Of a stretch of 59,169 bases of DNA, positions 52,181 to 59,169 are shown one piece after another. Position numbers and translations under genes: made by a program. Below the pieces are notes generated by a model, which saw nothing but the letters and a program-made list of their open reading frames with translations, was not told the origin of the DNA and ran no database searches. Position 1 is the first letter of the stretch; each line of letters starts with the position of its first letter. Origin of the DNA: Vermamoeba vermiformis (lineage: Eukaryota); assembly GCA_045837725.1 (NCBI GenBank), contig JBEWZL010000263.1:248001-307169 (forward strand), written 5' to 3'.

Positions 52181-55100
52181 ATGGGGCAGTTATTTATTTT
52201 CGTTTCATCGATGATTTATGTCGCCATGATCGGCATAACGATACTATGGGGTAAGTTGTTATTAGTACTGTACCAGCTTTTTAATAACAAATTTAACTTA
52301 ATGATCTTCTTTTAGTTTGGCTTATAATGAATAGAATCAACAGCGAATTTCGGAAAAAAGATATTAAATTAATATCGAAAAGAGAGAAGGAGATTCGAAG
52401 ACTTAGCGTTGGTGGTGGTGACGGTTACAATGCTTCAGAACCGCTTCGAAGCAGATCTGCCTATCCAAACCCGATGTCAGCACGAGTAAGTATACCTGCT
52501 TAAGCTAATAACAGTACTAATATTATTTAGCTTTCTTCGTTCAAAGATGCACGAGAGAAGTCGATCTCGATCAGCTTCAAAAATCTTGGCTTGAAGCTCG
52601 CTGATGGCAGACAGGTTTTGCAAGGTGTCACCGGTAGTTTCGAAGCAGGTGAGTTATAATTGCAAGCGAAATTTATCAAAAAGATCATCTTCTAATGACG
52701 TAGGCAAACTGTACGCGGTGATGGGTCCGAGTGGATCTGGCAAAACGACGTTTTTGAGCGTCATTTCAGGGCGATTATCGCGAGGTACTCAATGCACTGG
52801 CGAATTGTACATCAACGGCAAGCTCGAGACTAGCATTGCTAATTACAACAAGATGGTGGGATTTGTTCCTCGTAAGTCGTAAATACGAAATACGAAAAAA
52901 TATCTAAATTTCTATTTTAGAGGACGACACCATGTTGCGCGAATTAACCGTGCGCGAAGTACTCAAGTTCAGTGCTGAGTTGCGTTTGCCTTCCTACACG
53001 AGCTCGATGGAAATTGACAAGATTGTCGAGGATGTTATCTCGTTGTTGGGACTCAGTGACATTCGGTACTCGGAGATTGGCAGCGTGGACAAGCGAGGTA
53101 GGGGACTTGTAGTCCCACGAGTAGACATGCCTAATTGTGATGCGTGCAGGTATCAGCGGTGGTCAGAGAAAGCGAGTCAACATCGGCATGGAATTGGTCG
53201 CCGATCCAATCATCTTGCTTTTAGACGAGCCTACTTCGGGCCTAGATTCGAGCAGGTACGTTTTAAGCTCAACCATGACTAATCTTCGAGACTAACGTGT
53301 ACGTGTACGCAGCTCAAAAGAAGTCTGCAACGTGTTGAAACTCTTGACTTCCATGGGCCTGACAGTTGTGTCAGTCATTCACCAGCCACGCTACGAAATC
53401 TTTCAAATGTTCGATGAAGTTTTGTTGCTCGGCAAGGGAGGAAGAACGGTCTATCTGTAAGTACACCAGTACTGTAGCTGTTGCGATTAAGTGTTACTAA
53501 CTGTACTACTTAAGTGGTCCCACGGAACACGTCAGTAATTACTTTGAAGAGCTCGGCTTCGTGTGTCCTCCGCACGTCAATCCTGCGGACTTTTATTTGG
53601 ACGGTAAGGCACTCATATAATTTGATGGGATTGCATTCTAATGGTACTTGTTAGTCATCTCCGGCGATGTTCGTCCTTCAAAGCCGATGCCAATGTTGGC
53701 CGATATTTCGCTCAAGTCTTCGGACAGCATTATTCCGATCAACAAGGGCTCGCGTCAGAACGAGAGCTTCAATCCTCAATTGCTCGTTGAAGTGTGGCAA
53801 CAGCGCGCTGAAGAGATTCACGCCGCTCAAGAAGGTACGCCTTATACTTAGTACGATTATGTTTAGCTGACAACTGCGCAGAGGTGAAGCCTAAAAAGCC
53901 GATTGAAGGCACGAAGAGGGATTTGGTTCATTCAATTCTCGCGGGCATGTTGCCTTTAACGCTGCTCGTGCCAATTTTGTTTTCATCGAACAACACAAAG
54001 CGTGTCTTTGGACTGCTGTATGGCACCATGTTAGTCACTGTGATGTTTAGGTAAGTACCGTACGATATTGCTGGCGAAGGCGATATGTATCTCATTCCCA
54101 CCAACAGCATTGCCCTCATGGTCATACTAGACGAGTCACCCATTGCGATTTCATTCCTCGCCGTCGTGTTGTGCTTGGTCGTCGCAGAGTTTATATACAC
54201 AACCGTCAAGCTCTCATCAAGCGGCAAACCTGAAGAGGTACGTTCAAAATACTAAATGTGAGAATAAGGCCAAATTATTAACCGCTGGCCTCGGTAGATG
54301 GAATTCTTACTCAACTACGTGTGCGGGTTCTACATGGGTCCACTGATGGCCTTCGTTGAATGGCTACCGTTCAGAACGTACCAACAGAACGCAGCAGCTG
54401 AGCTCGGTTTTGCATCGTGCGCACTTTTAGTGCTCGTGTTTGTGTTCCCGTGGCTTGCCTACGAGCTCGTGTATCCCACGTGGTTGGACTTGGTGGGCTT
54501 TCTTGCCGGCATCTGCATTCTCGCCTTCATTATCGTCAAGATGACACGCTACAGCAAGCTGGGCATTGTTGAGCGAGAAAGAAAGTCCGTCGGCGTGTTC
54601 TATCAATTGGTCGTGTTCACAACGCGAGGAGCATTGCAGCAAATTCGAAACTGGAAAGGTGCGTGTTGAATTTGTCGTGAGAGGTAGCGTCGTGCCTAAC
54701 TAAATCACAGGCCTTGCTTTTGATTTGGGAATCGTGTTTATCGCTGGTAGCTTTTTGGGTCTCGTCTTTGGTGGTCGTCCGTACAAAGTAAGTAACTGAC
54801 TTTCACTACTCTTAATAATGAATCTAACTTGTGCCCTAGGGTCCGTTGTTGTCTCCTTTCGGCTTGGAGGTTGGCGGTAAAGTTAAGTGCCCGCCCTTGT
54901 TGATGCAGTTGTATCCTCCCCTATGTCAAATTGGTACGTTCGTTAAACATATCTGGCAGCCGGTATTAACTGTTACACGGCAGCGATGTATCCCATGGAC
55001 GATCCAATCATTGGCCAAGCGTCATTGTCGATTTTAGCCTTATCTTTGTCCGCCGTGGCTTCATCGATTCGTATCTTCGGCGATGAACAAGTTGAATTTA

Positions 55101-55743
55101 AGCGCGAGAGTGCTACAGGCATCAGCACGGGCGCTTATTACCTCGGCAAGTCAATATCGCACCTGTTCACGATTTTCACGGCCCCAGCTGTGTTCTTGTT
55201 CGCTTTCACTTCGCTTGCTGGTAAGTCTCTGACGCGCACAATTTGCGATGTTAACCGGTTTATTGACAGTCGTGGAGGGCAATTATTGGGAGCACTACCT
55301 CTTATTCGTTGCCGCGTACTTCGTGTCAGCAGGCATTGCGTACGCTGTCTCCGTGCTGACTCCGCCAAACTTGGCTCAACTTGTTGGTATCCTTGTCTTG
55401 CTTGCCTCTATGATGTACTCTGGGTACGTGATTCATAATTCCATATTTTGTTGATCAACATTTGCTCATTGTCCGGAATAGTGCGAGTCCCACTCTCAAC
55501 CAATTAGAACACAACAAGATTATGCCGAATGTGTTGCAATATCCCGCTCATGGTTCCTTCTTGCGCTGGGCTCAAGAGTTATATTACTTGATTGAAATCA
55601 AAATGTACCGATTTGGTGTTCAGAGCATGCATGCCATTTACTCTTACAGCTTGGATGATTGGGTTCTCTGTTGGTTGTGGATGGCTACTCTGGCTATTTT
55701 GTTCAGATTGATTGCTTATATTGCTCTTGTAAGACGGGAATAA
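52181..55743 (+). CDS. ABCG half transporter with N-terminal TM anchor and extra TM segments between NBD and TMD
   Basis: [48 protein letters not shown] and [11 protein letters not shown] motif [18 protein letters not shown]. Confidence 0.93.
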
Positions 55744-56374
55744 ATCTGTTGCCAGTCAATGTGGTTGTTTCTTCATTCATCAGCAATTGCTCTGTCAAAG
55801 GCCTTGATTCAACTACTCTATTAGCACCACTGATGCAAGCAGGGCCTGAGCCATTGCAAGAATAATGGACCATTGCCAATCAACAGAAGAATTTAGTACT
55901 ATTGAAGATTACCATCCAATTGAGCTCTGCCTCAACTTAGTGCACATGTAGGGCAAGCCTCTGTTTAAGCCACCAGGTGTGGATTGGCAAACAGAGCCTT
56001 TTCTTATTGGAAATGGCAGTTCAAGTCACACATTTCCATTAACTATTTGCAGTCCAATGGTATTGATCTGTTAGATTTAAAGTGAGTGTAATAAAATTGG
56101 GGCATCTTCATTTTTTGAAACTTTATCATCAACTTCAGACAAATATCTATTTTATTGATATATCCTGGAGAGAGCAATGGAGAAATTGACAATCCTGATG
56201 GCATTAAACAGGACAGCTAATCATACTCGTACCAGACTGCTTTAATTTTTCTTAAACAAAAAAAGTGAAATTGTGTATAAGATTACAATACAGCTAAATA
56301 CAAATAAAAGACAGCATTTCATGGTGGATTGTAGCTTGTACACTTAGTTTACAAGATCAGGTTACTTCCATGCC

Positions 56375-56833
56375 TTGCTGGTTAGAACATGTGCATCTCT
56401 CTTCAACCATAGTCTTTTTACTTCTTGTAAGTTTACCCACCATCAAAAAAATAAACTCCTTTGTGAAGATTGCATTAAAGCAAACAAGAAGGCAAACAAT
56501 CAAAATTACAATGAGAAAAAATATAAAGTTGTAGAGATGGAAAGGGAATTGATGTGTGCACAAAAACAATGTTTGTTACCTATTTCCAAATTCTTCACCA
56601 AGAAAGGCTCCAAATATTATTGCCTTCAATGCACCAAACATTCAAAACATATGCAGGTACACTACTGCCTGTTTGACATTGATGGAGCAGAAAAAATCAT
56701 TCAAAAGATTTGCAGCACCTCACTAGACCAAACTGGAGATTCAAATCCTACATATAGTGAAGATATTAAAACAAGTGCCCCACAGCAGCCCCTAAAAGAC
56801 AAAAGAAAGCACAAAGGCAGTGAAGAGGGGTAA
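56375..56833 (+). pseudogene. Cys/His-rich putative zinc-binding ORF, probably decayed
   Basis: CEDC, CAQKQCLLPISKF and YYCLQC motifs; no CpG within the ORF. Confidence 0.3.
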
Positions 56834-57297
56834 AACAAAAAAACAGAAGAAACCCCAAATGCAACTGTCTAAAGCTCAACCCTTGTGTGGTCAAACTGCG
56901 CTCAACCAGTCACAATTCCAGACCGTGCGTTTGAGAAACCATCGATTCTCGTAATTAGAACCAACCGTAATGTACTTCCAGGCATGATTATATATATAGT
57001 TAGGCTTAGCTAATTTAAGGCTTATAGGCCTAAAGCCTGGAAAATGTCATATTTTTGAATAAACGTTATTTATTTTTGAATATACAATTATGCCTTAAAT
57101 CAGTACTATCTTTGTTTTCCCAATTTTGAATCACAAACATTGTTTTCCCATCCATTTGCCTTGGCAGGTTTACGATGAAGACTGAGCCTAAAGTTAAGGA
57201 ACTTAGTTTCATCGGGTAACTATTTTGAATATGCATACTTACAAAATGTCTATTCATTTGTATGCACGTCCAACCAGTAGAGTGCAGAATTCTCAAT

Positions 57298-58020
57298 CAA
57301 CCGTAGTCCAAGGACTACAGTCAAATGCAGAATTCCTGACTGAGCGTAGTCCAAGGACTACGGTCAAATGCAGAATTCTCGACTAACCGTAGTCCAAGGA
57401 CTACGCTCAAATACAGAATTCTTGACATACCTGAAAACGGGCAAAGCAGCTTAAATTGTCTCTATGACCTGTAGAAGGGTATATAAGTAATTTTGAATAT
57501 ACATTAATTAAAAGTGTATATTCAAAAGTTTGTAAAGATAACGTGACCGTAGACCAAGGACTACGGTCAAATGCAGAATTCCCAACTGAGTGTAGTCCAA
57601 GGACTACGGTCAAATCAAGAATTCTCAACTAACCGTAGTCCAAGGACTACGCTCAAATGCAGAATTCCTGACAACTGGTCAGGGTTATACTGTATACTTC
57701 GAGCATAGTCCGAGGACTACGGTCAAATGCAGAATTCTCAACTAACCGTAGTCCAAGGACTACGCTCAAATGCAGAATTCATGACATACTTGAACAGGGA
57801 GAAACTGCCCAAAGTTATAACAGGTGACCTGAGAAAGGGAACGTAAGTTATTTTGCATATACATTAATCTAATTTGTCTATTCAAAAGTTTGAAAAGCTG
57901 ATGAAACAACCGTAGTCCAAGGACTACGCTCAAATTCAGAATTCTCAACTGAGCGTAGTCCAAGGACTACGGTCAAATGCAGAATTCCTGACTGAGCGTA
58001 GTCCAAGGACTACGGTCAAA
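57298..58020. repeat. Array of 11 palindromic 43-bp units (core CGTAGTCC-AA-GGACTACG, then TCAAATGCAGAATTC) in clusters of 3+3+2+3
   Basis: Cores start at 57302, 57345, 57388, 57548, 57591, 57634, 57704, 57747, 57911, 57954 and 57997. Confidence 0.97.
57491..57527. repeat. AT-rich 13-bp inverted repeat with 11-nt loop; degenerate copies at 57223-57259 and 57851-57887
   Basis: TTTTGAATATACA-N11-TGTATATTCAAAA. Confidence 0.9.
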
Positions 58021-59169
58021 GATTCACACCTATAACCCTGAAGACTTGCATAACCCTAACAGTGCAGAATAAGTCCAAACCATCCAATATAGCCATTGCA
58101 TATTACTTGTATGCTATAGTAAGGTAGATTAGCATCAGAGTGACAAAATAAAGAATTGAATTTGAATATTTAAAAAAAAATAATAACTATTTATTTTCGT
58201 GGGTCCGCATTTGATTACTTACTGCTGCAATGAAAGGAAGCCATGCAAATACAGGTGTTCTTATATATTATATAGTGGTGTTGTTGGCAAGTTGAATGTA
58301 ACAGAAAATGAACAAAAAAATCTTTTTTTGGTCAAGCACGTGATCGATGCTCGTCAAAATCTGACCAATGCACGCACTGCCAACCTCCTAATACATGTCT
58401 CAAGGGGCACATCAGTAGTGTGCTACTATTCAAATATGTCAGAGGTCAAGGAGAGGGCCCATTGGTGAGGATCCGATGGTCAGCCGATGTTGGATCGAGA
58501 TCAGGATTTGCCAATTTCAGGCTGGTGGCTTCCAGTAAAGTAAGTAATCCAAGAATATTAATATAAATATTAACTACACTATGTGGTTAAACTGGTGGCA
58601 TAATCTGCTACTATATAATAAAATAAATATTTATTAAAATCAAATCTAGCCGTTACCAAAAACTTTACAACTTTTTGGTAACAGTTTGAGCCAGTAAGTA
58701 TCAATTCATAGTGACAATAATATGAGTATTATGGTAAAATTAATGTCATATTTCTAGGATAAATAGTAAGTGAGATTTTCCCAATCCAGAGGCTCGTGCA
58801 CGATCCAGGATCAATCAGTGTGGAGCTTCAGTGACTGCTGGTAAGTGTAAAAACACACTCAAATAATTAATTACAGTGCTCTAATACTAGTTGTCAGGTC
58901 AACAGAAGGCAGCAAGAGCTGGTTAAGCAGATCCAGAAAAGTCGAAGCTGTATTTTTTGAATATACAAATAAATATTTTGAATATTCATTTTTGTACAAA
59001 CAAATTTAGTGTCTGTATGAGTGATAGTTGGTATATATATCTTTCTACATTGGTCGCAGGTGGTTTTTGTTGAAGTTTGTGGGATTGATATGTCCCCATA
59101 TTGAAAATGTTTGATGTCCTGGATTGCAGAATGCTGAGGTTCTCTCTGCCTTTGATAACCCTGCAAAGG

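Larger units (their letters stand above)
55744..59169. mobile_element. CpG-depleted, gene-poor block; probable silenced transposon or viral-derived sequence
   Basis: Only one CG seen in ~55744-56890, against abundant CG upstream. Contains decayed ORFs and a palindromic array. No transposase or terminal repeat recognised. Confidence 0.4.

Noticed and set aside
57298-58020. CRISPR array
   Set aside because: The sequence between palindromes is itself repeated rather than unique spacers, there are no cas genes, and the context is eukaryotic.
58051-58060. TAACCCTAAC telomere or telomerase-template-like motif
   Set aside because: Only about 1.5 units; expected by chance.
58894-59166. TCDQCRK as the start of a Zn2Cys6 domain
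   Set aside because: The remaining cysteines are absent and splice signals favour the opposite strand.

Overview
Gene-dense, intron-rich eukaryotic nuclear DNA with short GT-AG introns (mostly ~45-100 nt), CTAAY/TTAAY branch points and poly-Asn tracts. The gene content (class C GPCR, GH25 lysozyme, saposin-like protein) suggests an amoebozoan-type protist; this is inference, not proof. About 20 spliced genes can be reconstructed by eye: a low-complexity SAM protein, a TPR and F-box/TM pair that may be one gene, an ankyrin-HECT E3, a DHH phosphoesterase, a TM-metallophosphoesterase, LSM2, a TPX2-like protein, a VPS9+DUF547 protein, a secreted protein with a C-terminal saposin-like domain, three tandem surface-anchored PQQ-type sugar dehydrogenase/Ig genes of bacterial style, a damaged class C GPCR, an ABCC, an ALKBH2-like enzyme, a CRAL-TRIO protein, a GH25 lysozyme, a sterol C4-methyl oxidase and an ABCG. 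The last ~3.4 kb is CpG-poor and holds a higher-order array of 11 palindromic 43-bp units plus AT-rich palindromes. A structured ~345-nt element with partial RNase P RNA-like motifs precedes the ABCC gene. Exon boundaries and family assignments come from manual translation and remembered motifs; no searches were run. Several frameshifts may be assembly errors.
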